From: an uncultured Candidatus Saccharibacteria bacterium
GTDB lineage: Bacteria; Patescibacteriota; Minisyncoccia; UBA6257; JAUSGH01
Assembly (NCBI GenBank): GCA_964372325.1
Contig: CAYJQG010000004.1
Location: forward strand, 1-45,974
Reading direction: 5' to 3'
Length of the DNA stretch: 45,974 nucleotides
The translations under genes and the position numbers were made by a program. Positions 27,581-37,602 of this stretch are shown one piece after another (position 1 is the first letter of the stretch; each line of letters opens with the position of its first letter). The notes beneath the pieces are model-generated. The model was not told where the DNA came from and did no database searches. It saw nothing but the letters and a program-made list of their open reading frames with translations.

Positions 27581-29721
27581 TGCGACAGTACCCAATCGAA
27601 AAGATTAGAGACATCGGCATCATCGCCCACATCGATGCCGGAAAAACTACCGTTTCCGAACGCATTCTTTTTTATACTGGAGTTGCACACAAAATTGGTG
27701 AGGTGCACGAAGGAAACACGGTTATGGATTGGATGGAACAAGAGCGCGAACGTGGCATCACCATCACCGCTGCAGCAACAACATGCTTTTGGACGCCCAC
27801 ATATATAAAAGGTGAATCGCAAAGCTTGCCTGCCGGTAAGCATGACGCGGAACGCAAAGCGCACGAGCATCGCATCAACCTCATCGATACTCCCGGCCAC
27901 ATCGACTTTACCGTAGAAGTAAGGCGATCTCTTCGCGTGTTAGATGGAGCAGTCGTAGTATTCGACGGTGTTTCCGGTGTTGAGCCACAATCTGAAACTA
28001 ATTGGCGTTATGCAGACGACTATAAAGTCCCTCGTATTTGTTTTATTAATAAACTCGATAGATTAGGTGCAAGCTTTGAGGGAAGCTTACAATCGATTCG
28101 TGAACGCTTAAATCCACACGCAATGCCCATTCAACTTCCGATTGGACTTGAATCGACGTTCGAAGGTTTAATTGATCTCCTGCGCTTTAAAGCATATCAC
28201 TTTGAGGGTGAACACGGTGAAAATATTATCGAATCAGAAATCCCAGAAAATCTGCTAAGCGAGGCAAAAAAACGTCGTGCAGAGTTAGTCGAAAAAATAG
28301 TTGAACAAGACGACACGCTTATGGCACAATACCTCGAAGGCAAAGAACCAAGCCTCGAAGAATTAAAACGCACACTACGTGGGGCAACAATTAGAGGCAC
28401 CATCATCCCAGTAGTTACTGGATCTGCATTAAAAAACAAAGGAGTACAATTTGTACTTGACGCAGTCATAGATTATCTTCCGTCACCAAAAGACGTTCCG
28501 CCAACGAGAGCGACAGAAATTAAAACGGGGATTGTACTCGAGCGTCATCCAGATGACAACGAACCCTTCACAGGGCTCGCGTTTAAAATCGCCGCCGATC
28601 CTTTCGTGGGAAGTCTTACGTATTTCCGTGTTTATTCGGGAACACTGAAGAAGGGGACATATATTTTAAACGCAACAAAAAATAATGAGGAGCGTATTGG
28701 ACGTATTGTGCGTATGCACGCAAATGAACGCGAAGACGTGGACGTTGTGTATGCCGGCGAACTCGCAGCAATTGTTGGGTTGAAAAATACAACAACCGGC
28801 GATACCCTATGTGCAGTTGACCAGCCAGTATTACTCGAAAGAATTATATTCCCAGAACCAGTAATCGCCATCCGTATCGAACCCAAAACAAAAGCAGATC
28901 AAGAAAAAATGGGTATCGCGCTCCATCGCCTCGCAGAAGAAGACCCAACATTCCGTGTTGGCGGCGACCCAGAAACCGGTGAAACAATTATTGCGGGTAT
29001 GGGCGAATTGCATTTAGAAATTCTCGTTGACAGAATGAAACGCGAATTTGGAGTGTTAGCGAATGTCGGACGACCTCAAGTTTCGTATAAAGAAACTATT
29101 AAAGCTGAAGCCGACGCAGAAGGAAAATATATCAAACAGTCAGGAGGTCGCGGGCAATATGGCCATGTACGCATCACAGTAAAACCGCTCGAACGCGGTA
29201 AGGGCGTAGAATTCGTCAACGCCATTAAGGGGGGCACAATTCCACAAGAATATATTCCCGCAGTAGAAAAAGGCATAATGGAAGCAGTGGATCGCGGTGT
29301 TATCGCGGGGTATAAAATTGTCGACGTTGAAGTCACGCTCTACGACGGGTCATTTCACGAAGTAGACTCTTCCGAAGCAGCATTTAAAATCGCCGGCTCT
29401 ATGGCATTCCAAGACGGCATTAAACGCGCGCGTCCAGTACTCCTCGAACCCATCATGAAGGTGCAAGTATTAATTCCATCCGACTTCTTGGGCGATATCA
29501 CTGGAGACATTAGTTCAAAACGAGGAAAAATCGAAAACATGGGCGACCGCTTAAATATCAAAATAATTGATGCAATGATTCCACTTTCCGAAATGTTTGG
29601 ATACGCAACAAAACTACGTTCAATGTCCCAAGGCCGTGGCAATTTTACCATGGAATTCGACCACTACGAAGAAATGCCGACAAACGTCGCGCAGCTAGTA
29701 ATTGAAGGGCGAAAGAAATAG
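27580..29721 (+). CDS. fusA: Elongation factor G
   Basis: [43 protein letters not shown]. Confidence 0.98.
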   Translation: MRQYPIEKIRDIGIIAHIDAGKTTVSERILFYTGVAHKIGEVHEGNTVMDWMEQERERGITITAAATTCFWTPTYIKGESQSLPAGKHDAERKAHEHRINLIDTPGHIDFTVEVRRSLRVLDGAVVVFDGVSGVEPQSETNWRYADDYKVPRICFINKLDRLGASFEGSLQSIRERLNPHAMPIQLPIGLESTFEGLIDLLRFKAYHFEGEHGENIIESEIPENLLSEAKKRRAELVEKIVEQDDTLMAQYLEGKEPSLEELKRTLRGATIRGTIIPVVTGSALKNKGVQFVLDAVIDYLPSPKDVPPTRATEIKTGIVLERHPDDNEPFTGLAFKIAADPFVGSLTYFRVYSGTLKKGTYILNATKNNEERIGRIVRMHANEREDVDVVYAGELAAIVGLKNTTTGDTLCAVDQPVLLERIIFPEPVIAIRIEPKTKADQEKMGIALHRLAEEDPTFRVGGDPETGETIIAGMGELHLEILVDRMKREFGVLANVGRPQVSYKETIKAEADAEGKYIKQSGGRGQYGHVRITVKPLERGKGVEFVNAIKGGTIPQEYIPAVEKGIMEAVDRGVIAGYKIVDVEVTLYDGSFHEVDSSEAAFKIAGSMAFQDGIKRARPVLLEPIMKVQVLIPSDFLGDITGDISSKRGKIENMGDRLNIKIIDAMIPLSEMFGYATKLRSMSQGRGNFTMEFDHYEEMPTNVAQLVIEGRKK

Positions 29722-29739
29722 GGGTTACAAATAGGGTAC

Positions 29740-29769
29740 TTGACAAATTATAAGCATCCATGCTATAAT
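29740..29769 (+). promoter_or_regulatory. Consensus sigma70 promoter
   Basis: TTGACA-N18-TATAAT with TGn extended -10. Confidence 0.85.
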
Positions 29770-29775
29770 AGTAAG

Positions 29776-30588
29776 ACATAAGACAATTGGACATTGAAAC
29801 CAAACGTCCCCGGAGTGGGCCAGGGTAGGCGGCAACGCCGATGCTTCGCTATATGCGAAGCGCAACGGGACCGAGTTCCCCGACCCTGGCTCACCTCGAC
29901 CTTTCGCTGCATCTTTTCCCCCAGAGCAGCGAAAACGACAACGGATGGGGGTAACCGCAAAAGATGGCACCGTACAATAAAGGAAAGGAGGTGTCCCTTG
30001 TCCGCAAGGGACCCGCCCTAGCGGCAGCGCCATTTTTTATCTTCGAAAAGGAGAAAAACCGGCGGCTCTCTCCGTGAAAGGCGCAAGTACAGAAATGAGA
30101 AGCGGAGAGAGCGGCCAGAACCAGAACCAGAACGACGAAAACCAAAAACCGCCGCCATCCCGACGACACTCGAAAAGCGATGAGGGAAGGCGGCAACCCA
30201 CCTAAAAAGGAGGACCGATGCGGAAGAAATTTCCTGTCGGCGACGGTTAGCCCCCGTCTCTCTGCTTGAATGAACTCGCGACGTCCTCACGACGACAAAT
30301 CCCCAAAAGAACGACGACGACGGGGAGAGGATCGCGATTCAAAAGATTCAAGCAGAGAGACTGCAACGTGTGTGGCAATCGCCACCACACACGCGAAGCC
30401 ATCGCGGCGACGTCCAGGGAAAAGGGCACGCAGGGCAAAGGAAAACCGCGAGCGCGGAAACCCTGGACGAAAAACGACCCGCGCGAACTCGTAGGCGGAC
30501 CGCAAGTCCTGGTGCACCAGGACGACGCGCTCACTACGAGGAGGAACATCGAGAACCCCAGCTCAAAAAAGCTGGGGACTCTTTTTAT
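29776..30588 (+). ncRNA. Candidate large (~810 nt) structured noncoding RNA of unrecognised family
   Basis: Promoter and terminator bound it; more than 12 GC-rich helices with A/C-rich linkers; no credible ORF; ends inferred. Confidence 0.7.
30551..30588 (+). terminator. Intrinsic terminator of the candidate ncRNA
   Basis: CCCCAGCT-CAAAAA-AGCTGGGG then ACTCTTTTTATT. Confidence 0.75.
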
Positions 30589-30632
30589 TCGCACCCTCTC
30601 CCACCACACCAAAACAAACTACAATATTAAAT

Positions 30633-30777
30633 TTTCCCGAACGGATATCGTTTCGAGAAACATCCCACAAGACCCGCCCGTCATTAATATATCTTTGATA
30701 GGGCGGGTCTGAGGTAGAAAAAAGTTTTGTCGAAACAAAACTATTCTGTTTTCGAGAAACGATATCCGTTCGGGAAA
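30633..30777. repeat. Palindromic element family F
   Basis: Perfect 22-bp terminal IR TTTCCCGAACGGATATCGTTTC; inner hairpin AGACCCGCCC/GGGCGGGTCT. Confidence 0.85.
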
Positions 30778-30962
30778 GAAAGAAATTTTATCGCAATAAA
30801 ATTATTCTGATTCCCATAAAAATATTAACGGAAATACTATGTACGAAGTGGCTGACGAGAAGAGATTATGCTGATTATTTTATTCTATATAGATCCTTCG
30901 ACCCGGCTCAGGATGCTCAATTTTCTAACCACTCGCTTTCACTCGTGGAGAAAATTGGCAAT

Positions 30963-30992
30963 TTGACATTTTTTAGTGATCTCATGTACACT
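30963..30992 (+). promoter_or_regulatory. Promoter of tuf
   Basis: TTGACA-N18-TACACT. Confidence 0.6.
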
Positions 30993-31042
30993 ACTAAGTA
31001 TTATCGTCGAGTCCATATTAATAATTATTAATCAAAGAACTT

Positions 31043-32242
31043 ATGGCAGAAAAAGCAAAATTCGAAAGAACAAAGCCGCACGTAAACGTCGGCACCATTG
31101 GCCACGTTGACCACGGCAAAACAACCTTAACTGCAGCATTAACGCACGTGCTGTTCATGAAAGGTTTCGCAAAAAAAGAGGAAAAAGTCGACGACATCGA
31201 TAACGCCCCAGAAGAAAAAGCTCGGGGTATTACCATTGCGTTACACCACTCCGAATACGAGTCTGAAAAGCGTCACTATGCACACATCGATGCTCCAGGG
31301 CACGCCGACTATATCAAAAACATGATCACTGGCGCAGCACAAATGGATGGCGCAATTCTTGTAGTTTCGGCAGCAGACGGCCCAATGCCTCAAACTCGCG
31401 AACACATTTTGCTTGCACGCCAAGTCGGTGTTCCTGCACTCGTGGTATTTTTGAATAAAGTCGACACGGTAGACGACCCAGAACTTATCGACCTCGTCGA
31501 ATCTGAAGTACGTGAACTATTAAAGAAATACGATTTTCCGGGTGACACCACCCCAATTATTCGCGGTTCAGGCTTAAAAGCGCTCGAATCGAAAACACTC
31601 GACGACCCATGGGTAAAACCGATTCTCGAACTCGTAAAAGCACTAGACGAATTTATCCCAGATCCAGTCCGCGATACCTCAAAACCATTCTTAATGCCAA
31701 TCGAAGATATTTTCTCGATCGAAGGACGCGGCACAGTAGTCACTGGCCGCATAGAGCGAGGTATGATAAGAGTAAACGAAGAAGTAGAAATCGTTGGCCT
31801 TAAACCAACAAACAAAACAGTTGTTACCGGAATTGAAATGTTTAATAAGCTACTCGACGACGGGCAAGCAGGTGATAACGTGGGTATTTTACTTCGTGGT
31901 ACAAAGAAAGAAGAAGTCGAACGTGGTCAAGTTATTGTAAAACCAGGTTCAGTCACCCCACACACCGATTTCGATACTGAAGTATACGTATTGTCCAAAG
32001 AGGAAGGCGGTCGTCACACTCCATTCTTTAAGGGATACAAACCGCAATTCTATATCCGTACAACCGACGTAACCGGCGAAGTCATTCTACCCGAAGGAAT
32101 GGAAATGGTTATGCCCGGAGACACGGTAAAACTCAGCGTAAAACTTATTGCGGGAGTTGCGCTCGAAGAAAAACAACGTTTTGCTATTCGCGAAGGTGGG
32201 AAAACCGTTGGCGCAGGAGTGGTAACAAAAATAACAAAGTAG
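31043..32242 (+). CDS. tuf: Elongation factor Tu
   Basis: [29 protein letters not shown]. Confidence 0.99.
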   Translation: MAEKAKFERTKPHVNVGTIGHVDHGKTTLTAALTHVLFMKGFAKKEEKVDDIDNAPEEKARGITIALHHSEYESEKRHYAHIDAPGHADYIKNMITGAAQMDGAILVVSAADGPMPQTREHILLARQVGVPALVVFLNKVDTVDDPELIDLVESEVRELLKKYDFPGDTTPIIRGSGLKALESKTLDDPWVKPILELVKALDEFIPDPVRDTSKPFLMPIEDIFSIEGRGTVVTGRIERGMIRVNEEVEIVGLKPTNKTVVTGIEMFNKLLDDGQAGDNVGILLRGTKKEEVERGQVIVKPGSVTPHTDFDTEVYVLSKEEGGRHTPFFKGYKPQFYIRTTDVTGEVILPEGMEMVMPGDTVKLSVKLIAGVALEEKQRFAIREGGKTVGAGVVTKITK

Positions 32243-32276
32243 CATTCCATTAAATAAACGGGGGTGGTCTTACATT

Positions 32277-32603
32277 ATGGAAAAAAAGAAGGTTGAAAAT
32301 GAAAAAATTAGGTTACGCGTTAAAGCGTACGACCATAAACTTATCGATAATTCCTGTCGTATCATTGTTGATGCGATAAAGCGCTATGACGCAACGATTA
32401 TTGGCCCCGTACCACTGCCAACCGAAATGCATAAATACACCGTGAATCGTTCAACTTTTGTCCATAAAAATTCTCGAGAACAATTTGAGCTTCGCGTACA
32501 CAAGCGACTCATTGACATACTCAATCCAAACGCATCAATCATCCAAGCGCTCCGAACGCTCAATATGCCAGCGGGGGTTGATATTGAAATTAAAATGGCG
32601 TAA
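32277..32603 (+). CDS. rpsJ: Ribosomal protein uS10
   Basis: GPVPLPT, SREQFE.R.HKRLID. Confidence 0.97.
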   Translation: MEKKKVENEKIRLRVKAYDHKLIDNSCRIIVDAIKRYDATIIGPVPLPTEMHKYTVNRSTFVHKNSREQFELRVHKRLIDILNPNASIIQALRTLNMPAGVDIEIKMA

Positions 32604-32629
32604 GATAGTAACACGTGTTACGCGCCGAG

Positions 32630-32665
32630 AAACATCTGAGGGTAAGATACCTCCAGATGTTTTTT
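32630..32665 (+). terminator. Terminator-like hairpin between rpsJ and rplC
   Basis: AAACATCTGAGG...CCTCCAGATGTTTTTT. Confidence 0.5.
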
Positions 32666-32689
32666 GTAGAATAATAAGTTTACTACGTT

Positions 32690-33112
32690 ATGATAAAACT
32701 CAAAGGGAAAAAATTACATATGACGCAAGTCTGGAAAGAAGACGTAGTATACCCTGTGTCGGTTATTAAAGTACACGATGGTGATATATCCAAAATAAAA
32801 ACGGGGGACTTAGTCAAGGTTAGCGGCATAACACGTGGTCGTGGTTTCCAAGGGGTAGTGAAACGCCATGGTTTTCACGGTGGTCCACAAACACATGGAC
32901 AAAAAAACCGCTTACGACATTCAGGTTCTATTGGCAATACCTCACCGCAACGCATTATTCCAGGGCGACGCATGGCGGGACACATGGGCGCAGTACGCCA
33001 CACCGTATTAAATTTGCTAATTGTTGAAGTTAAACCAGAAGAGCATCAACTGCTTATTCGTGGAGCGGTACCGGGCTATAACAAAAGAAGCATTTTAGAA
33101 ATAGTAAAATAG
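32690..33112 (+). CDS. rplC: Ribosomal protein uL3 (short, internal deletion)
   Basis: GKKLHMTQ, GRGFQGVVKRHGF, THG, GSIG, MAGHMG, RGAVPG; 140 aa. Confidence 0.93.
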   Translation: MIKLKGKKLHMTQVWKEDVVYPVSVIKVHDGDISKIKTGDLVKVSGITRGRGFQGVVKRHGFHGGPQTHGQKNRLRHSGSIGNTSPQRIIPGRRMAGHMGAVRHTVLNLLIVEVKPEEHQLLIRGAVPGYNKRSILEIVK

Positions 33113-33136
33113 ATTGAAGATATTTCAACCAATAAT

Positions 33137-33757
33137 ATGAAAGCCCCATTGTACAACTTGGAAGGGACGAAGCTCGGAGAGCTCGAACTGTCTGACGCAC
33201 TTTTTAATCGTGCATGGAACCCAGACCTGGTACAACAAATCTTACTTGCACAACGCGCAAATGCACGTAAACCCTGGGCGCACGCAAAGGGGAGAGGCGA
33301 AGTCTCTGGTGGTGGGAAAAAACCATGGAAGCAAAAGCACACTGGACGTGCAAGACATGGCTCTATCCGCTCACCAATATGGAAAGGTGGCGGTGTGTCG
33401 CACGGCCCACAAAAAGAACGGTCGTTTGCAGTAAAAGTAAATAAAAAAATGTTTCGTGCGGCGATTGCAAGCATACTCTCTGAACGTCTAAGACAAAACG
33501 AAATAAAATTCGTCGTGTCGTTGCCAAACGACATTATAAAAACAAAGACATTTGCGAAAACAATAGCTACAATAACGCCAACAATGAATACACTGCTTAT
33601 CCCCGAAGAGAAAAATAAAAACATCTATCGTGCTGCCCGTAATCTCCCCAAAGTAAAAGCACTTGCTCCACAAGCCCTTAATGTATATGATTTATTGCGA
33701 CACAAAACAATCCTGATCGACCAAGCTGCGATAAAATCTATGGTACCCTCAAAATGA
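33137..33757 (+). CDS. rplD: Ribosomal protein uL4
   Basis: RGEVSGGGKKPWKQK.TGRARHGSIRSP. Confidence 0.97.
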   Translation: MKAPLYNLEGTKLGELELSDALFNRAWNPDLVQQILLAQRANARKPWAHAKGRGEVSGGGKKPWKQKHTGRARHGSIRSPIWKGGGVSHGPQKERSFAVKVNKKMFRAAIASILSERLRQNEIKFVVSLPNDIIKTKTFAKTIATITPTMNTLLIPEEKNKNIYRAARNLPKVKALAPQALNVYDLLRHKTILIDQAAIKSMVPSK

Positions 33758-34029
33758 ACAAATTCCTCATTAAACATCCGTTAATATCAGAAAAAGCAAC
33801 AACTCAAAGCAATATGAGCAAGTATATTTTTGTCGTTCAAGAAGAAGCGACAAAAAATGAAGTCGCAAAGCTCATAGAAACACTATATAAGGTACACGTG
33901 ATAAAAATGAACAGCATAAAAACAGCCCCGAAGAAGAAACGATACGGGCAAAGATTTGCAATGCAACCTGGAATAAGAAAAATGATCGTCACAATCAAAA
34001 AGGGCGAAAAAATTGATGTAGCCCAATAA
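33754..34029 (+). CDS. rplW: Ribosomal protein uL23
   Basis: PLISEKA, ATKNEV; operon position. Confidence 0.93.
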   Translation: MNKFLIKHPLISEKATTQSNMSKYIFVVQEEATKNEVAKLIETLYKVHVIKMNSIKTAPKKKRYGQRFAMQPGIRKMIVTIKKGEKIDVAQ

Positions 34030-34030
34030 T

Positions 34031-34867
34031 ATGCCAACAAAAGCATTTCGTCCAACAACTCCATCGCGTAGACACATGACGGTAACCGACTATAGTGTAT
34101 TAACGGATGCTTCACCATGGAAACCGCTGACGAAACGATTAAAAACTCACGCCGGACGAAACAACAAGGGGCGCATTACTACACGCCACCAGGGAGGGGG
34201 GAACAAAAAAATATACCGAGTAATTGATTTTATACAAAACAAATTAAACATTCGTGCTCGAGTCGAAACAATTGAGTACGACCCTTACCGCACCACATTC
34301 ATCGCGCTTGTAGTATATCGTGATGGCGAACGTCGGTATATCCTCGCACCAAAAGAACTACGCGTAGGCGACGAAATAATGACGAGTGTTACTGCCCCAA
34401 TAAAAACGGGTAACCGCACACTACTCAGGAATATTCCCGTTGGGACTATGGTGCACAATATAGAAATTCGGCCTGGAGGCGGAGGTAAATTTGCGCGCGC
34501 AGCCGGAACTGCAGCAGAAATATTGGCACACGACGGTGGGTATACCGAGCTACGTCTTTCTTCGAAAGAAATTCGTCGCATCCCATGGAATGGACACGCA
34601 TCGATCGGACAATTATCAAATGAGGATTGGAATTTAGTAGTTATCGGGAAGGCAGGGCGCGCAAGGGGTTTGGGTATTCGCCCAACAGTACGTGGTAGCG
34701 TTATGAACCCCGTCGATCACCCCTATGGCGGTGGTGAAGGAAGGCAACCACGCGGCACACGAAGACCAAAAACAATGTGGGGTAAAGTCACTGGGGGGCA
34801 CAAAACACGACATCAAAAAAAGTGGTCCACGAAATTCATTTTACAACGCAGACCAAAAATACGATAG
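34031..34867 (+). CDS. rplB: Ribosomal protein uL2
   Basis: GRNNKGRIT, IEYDP, RPTVRG..MNPVDHP.GGGEG. Confidence 0.98.
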   Translation: MPTKAFRPTTPSRRHMTVTDYSVLTDASPWKPLTKRLKTHAGRNNKGRITTRHQGGGNKKIYRVIDFIQNKLNIRARVETIEYDPYRTTFIALVVYRDGERRYILAPKELRVGDEIMTSVTAPIKTGNRTLLRNIPVGTMVHNIEIRPGGGGKFARAAGTAAEILAHDGGYTELRLSSKEIRRIPWNGHASIGQLSNEDWNLVVIGKAGRARGLGIRPTVRGSVMNPVDHPYGGGEGRQPRGTRRPKTMWGKVTGGHKTRHQKKWSTKFILQRRPKIR

Positions 34868-34956
34868 CAAATCGCTAATCCTGCCGACAGGCAGGTCGCG
34901 AAGCGCAAATCGTAAAAACGATAAGCAATTCGCGACATGCAACACGCAAACACATT

Positions 34957-35295
34957 ATGTCTAGAAGTTCAAAAAAAGGCCCATACGTAGACCCAAAGCT
35001 ATTAAAAAAAATAGCCAAATTAAAAGTGAATGACCCCACCGCTATTAAAACATGGTCGCGAGCTTCAGAAATTGCCCCAGAAATGGTAGGCTTCACATTT
35101 GCCGTACATAACGGTAAAAATTTCATCAACGTTACTATAAAAGAAGAAATGGTTGGCCACCGACTTGGAGAATTTTCACTCACGCGCAAATTCGTAAGAC
35201 ATGGCGGGAAAATGCAACGAGAACTCGAAACAGCAACTGCTCAAAAAGAAGCTGAGAAAGCAAGCGCCCAAAAAGGGGCTGAAACTGAAAAATGA
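34957..35295 (+). CDS. rpsS: Ribosomal protein uS19
   Basis: [25 protein letters not shown]. Confidence 0.97.
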   Translation: MSRSSKKGPYVDPKLLKKIAKLKVNDPTAIKTWSRASEIAPEMVGFTFAVHNGKNFINVTIKEEMVGHRLGEFSLTRKFVRHGGKMQRELETATAQKEAEKASAQKGAETEK

Positions 35296-35325
35296 CATCA
35301 AAAATTTTCCTTTTTCATTTTATTT

Positions 35326-35835
35326 ATGCAACAAGCAACAGCAAAACTGAATTTTCTCCACATGGCGCCTCGCAAAGTGCGTTGGATTGCCGACACAATC
35401 CGCAATCTTGGGATTGCCGAAGCAGAAGCGCAACTCATGTTACGCCCACATCGCGCCGCAGAACCACTATTAAAATTATTGCGTTCATGTATCAGTAATG
35501 CAAAAAATGCGAAGATGAATGTCGATCGTTTATTCATAAAAACCATCACCGTCGATCAGGGGCCAATGCTTAAACGATTTCTACCACGCGCCATGGGTAG
35601 GGCGACACCAATTCAAAAAAAGATGAGCCATATCGCCATAGTGCTTGAAGAATCACTCGAAGCTCCCAAAAATCGATACATAGTCCTTAAACCAAAGAAA
35701 AAAGATAAAAAAGAAAAACATACAAAGAGAAAATCCGAGATAAAACCAACAACAGAAAAAACAAATAAAGCCGAAAAGGGCGCACAAGAAAAACCAGGGT
35801 TCCTAAAAAGAATCTTCCGAAGAAAGTCGGTGTAG
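35326..35835 (+). CDS. rplV: Ribosomal protein uL22 with Lys-rich C-terminal extension
   Basis: APRKVR, VDQGP.LKR..PRA.GRA, SHI. Confidence 0.95.
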   Translation: MQQATAKLNFLHMAPRKVRWIADTIRNLGIAEAEAQLMLRPHRAAEPLLKLLRSCISNAKNAKMNVDRLFIKTITVDQGPMLKRFLPRAMGRATPIQKKMSHIAIVLEESLEAPKNRYIVLKPKKKDKKEKHTKRKSEIKPTTEKTNKAEKGAQEKPGFLKRIFRRKSV

Positions 35836-35922
35836 ACTCTACCAATATGCGAACCAGACACGCCTGCCTGCCTATCGGTAGACAGAAATATACAAATATA
35901 TACATGAGCATTTAACTAAAAA

Positions 35923-35976
35923 AATTTAAAAATCTTCAGCGAGGCGCGACAAAGCCGCAGCGAAGATTTTAAAATT
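35923..35976. repeat. Palindromic element family E, short copy before rpsC
   Basis: AT-rich stem enclosing GCGAGGCGCGACAAAGCCGCAGC. Confidence 0.75.
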
Positions 35977-35983
35977 GAAAACT

Positions 35984-36673
35984 ATGGGACAAAAAATTAG
36001 ACCAGATGCGCTGCGAGTGGGTGTGACCCAACCCTGGAGCGTTCGTTGGATCTCCAAGCATTCTTTCCGCGATCAATTACAAGAAGACGAGGTGATCCGC
36101 AACGTCATTAATACAAAAATGAGCGCGGCGGGAATTGCACGAATCGAAATCGAACGCACCGCAAGCGCATGTCGTATTTTTATTAAAGCTGCCCGCCCAG
36201 GTTTTATTATAGGGCGCGGCGGACAAGGCATAGAACAATTAAGTAAGGCAATTGACCTTGGCCTAAAACAAATGCACACCCTGTTCACTCGCGCACCTTC
36301 ACGTACGGTGATCAATTTGAACGTTGAAGAACTCAAACGTTCAGAAGTTATGGCAACAAATGTAGCACAAAATATTGCGTTAGACTTAGAAAAGCGTTTA
36401 CCCTGTCGCCGCACCATGAAGAAAACCATCGATCTCGTCATGCAACACAAAGAAGTAGAAGGAGTAAAAATCAAACTCTCGGGACGTCTCGATGGCGCAG
36501 AAATTGCGCGTCGTGAATGGATGACGAAAGGTAAACTACCACTCCAAACACTAAGGGCAAATATCGACTATAGCGAGAGCACCGCGTTTACAGTATATGG
36601 CACTGTGGGCATCAAGGTGTGGATATATAAAGGAGAAATATTTAGCGGCAAAGAGCAAGGCGCTAAGCGCTAA
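35984..36673 (+). CDS. rpsC: Ribosomal protein uS3
   Basis: MGQKI.P, ARPG..IGRGG, GRLDGAEIAR, PLQTLRA.IDY. Confidence 0.97.
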   Translation: MGQKIRPDALRVGVTQPWSVRWISKHSFRDQLQEDEVIRNVINTKMSAAGIARIEIERTASACRIFIKAARPGFIIGRGGQGIEQLSKAIDLGLKQMHTLFTRAPSRTVINLNVEELKRSEVMATNVAQNIALDLEKRLPCRRTMKKTIDLVMQHKEVEGVKIKLSGRLDGAEIARREWMTKGKLPLQTLRANIDYSESTAFTVYGTVGIKVWIYKGEIFSGKEQGAKR

Positions 36674-36691
36674 GCGATAAGCAATAAACTC

Positions 36692-37102
36692 ATGTTGGTT
36701 CCTAAAAAAGTAAAACATCGTAAATGGCAACGAGGGCGAGCCCCAAGCCGCAAAATAGAAACCCGAGGACTTAAATTGTCTTATGGAAGTTTTGGGTTGA
36801 AGGCAATGACGGGTGGCCCGGTGAATTCGCGTCAAATCGAAGCAGCTCGTCGCGCCATTTCAAACCATATCCAACGAGAGGGTAGGGTTTGGATCCGCAT
36901 TTTCCCCGACAAACCAGTAACCAGGCATCCCGCAGAAGTCACCATGGGTGGCGGTAAAGGCAACGTAGAATACTATGTTTTTCCGGTACGTCCCGGAAGA
37001 ATGTTATTTGAGATGGATGGGGTTACAGAAACATTAGCGCGTGAAGCATTACGTCTTGCGGGTTTTAAGTTACCAGTAAGAACAAAAATTGTAGTGAAAT
37101 AA
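36692..37102 (+). CDS. rplP: Ribosomal protein uL16
   Basis: [24 protein letters not shown]. Confidence 0.97.
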   Translation: MLVPKKVKHRKWQRGRAPSRKIETRGLKLSYGSFGLKAMTGGPVNSRQIEAARRAISNHIQREGRVWIRIFPDKPVTRHPAEVTMGGGKGNVEYYVFPVRPGRMLFEMDGVTETLAREALRLAGFKLPVRTKIVVK

Positions 37103-37104
37103 CT

Positions 37105-37314
37105 ATGGCTAAAGATAAAAAAATACAATTTCAAGATCTCGTAAAAAAACCAGTGGCAGCCCTGCAACACGAGGTACTTGAACTCAAGGATAAACTTTGG
37201 GAGATACAAAAAAACCTCGCCCAGGGAAAAGTGAAAAATATTCGAGAAGTACGCTCAACGAAAAAACACATCGCACAAATATTGACAGCAATAAAAAGTC
37301 AGCGTACTCTATAA
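37105..37314 (+). CDS. rpmC: Ribosomal protein uL29
   Basis: Position; KK.IAQILT. Confidence 0.88.
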   Translation: MAKDKKIQFQDLVKKPVAALQHEVLELKDKLWEIQKNLAQGKVKNIREVRSTKKHIAQILTAIKSQRTL

Positions 37315-37337
37315 CAATTCGACTATATATTTCTTTT

Positions 37338-37595
37338 ATGGATAAACAACAACGACAACTTGAAGGGATTGTAGTAAGCGATAAAATGCAAAAAACGCGT
37401 GTAGTTGCAATAACGCTTATTCGCACACATCCAAAATATTTAAAGCAATATCAAATAACTAGAAAATTCAAGGCCCATGACGAAGAAAATAAAACTCATA
37501 CTGGAGACAAAGTGACCATCCAAGAAACAAGGCCGTTATCAAAGACGAAACGATGGATGATTCTTGGATATCAAAAAGCTAACAACGAAAAATAG
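37338..37595 (+). CDS. rpsQ: Ribosomal protein uS17
   Basis: [29 protein letters not shown]; start moved to ATG 37338. Confidence 0.96.
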   Translation: MDKQQRQLEGIVVSDKMQKTRVVAITLIRTHPKYLKQYQITRKFKAHDEENKTHTGDKVTIQETRPLSKTKRWMILGYQKANNEK

Positions 37596-37602
37596 TTATG
37601 AT

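Noticed and set aside
30417..30445. CACGCAGGGCAAA resembling the start of a c-di-GMP-I riboswitch
   Set aside because: The following stem, GNRA loop and GACGCAAAGC elements are missing
29776..30588. RNase P RNA, tmRNA, or group I/II intron identity
   Set aside because: No GAGGAAAGUCC P4 motif, no tRNA-like ends, no GUGCG start or domain V, no interrupted host gene; a formal Rfam scan is still needed
29725..30712. Overlapping 65-148 aa ORFs on both strands between fusA and tuf
   Set aside because: Low-complexity R/T/P/S-rich translations, atypical composition, some cross the terminator; dense helices explain the sequence better
21259..35295. UGA-to-Gly recoding (code 25) as in Gracilibacteria/SR1
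   Set aside because: thyA, rplD and rpsS end at TGA at the expected lengths and no conserved gene has an internal TGA
37197..37337. N-terminal extension of uS17 in the ORF track (similarly early starts for rmuC, groES, rpsC)
   Set aside because: Overlaps the upstream gene or a repeat; homology starts at the downstream ATG
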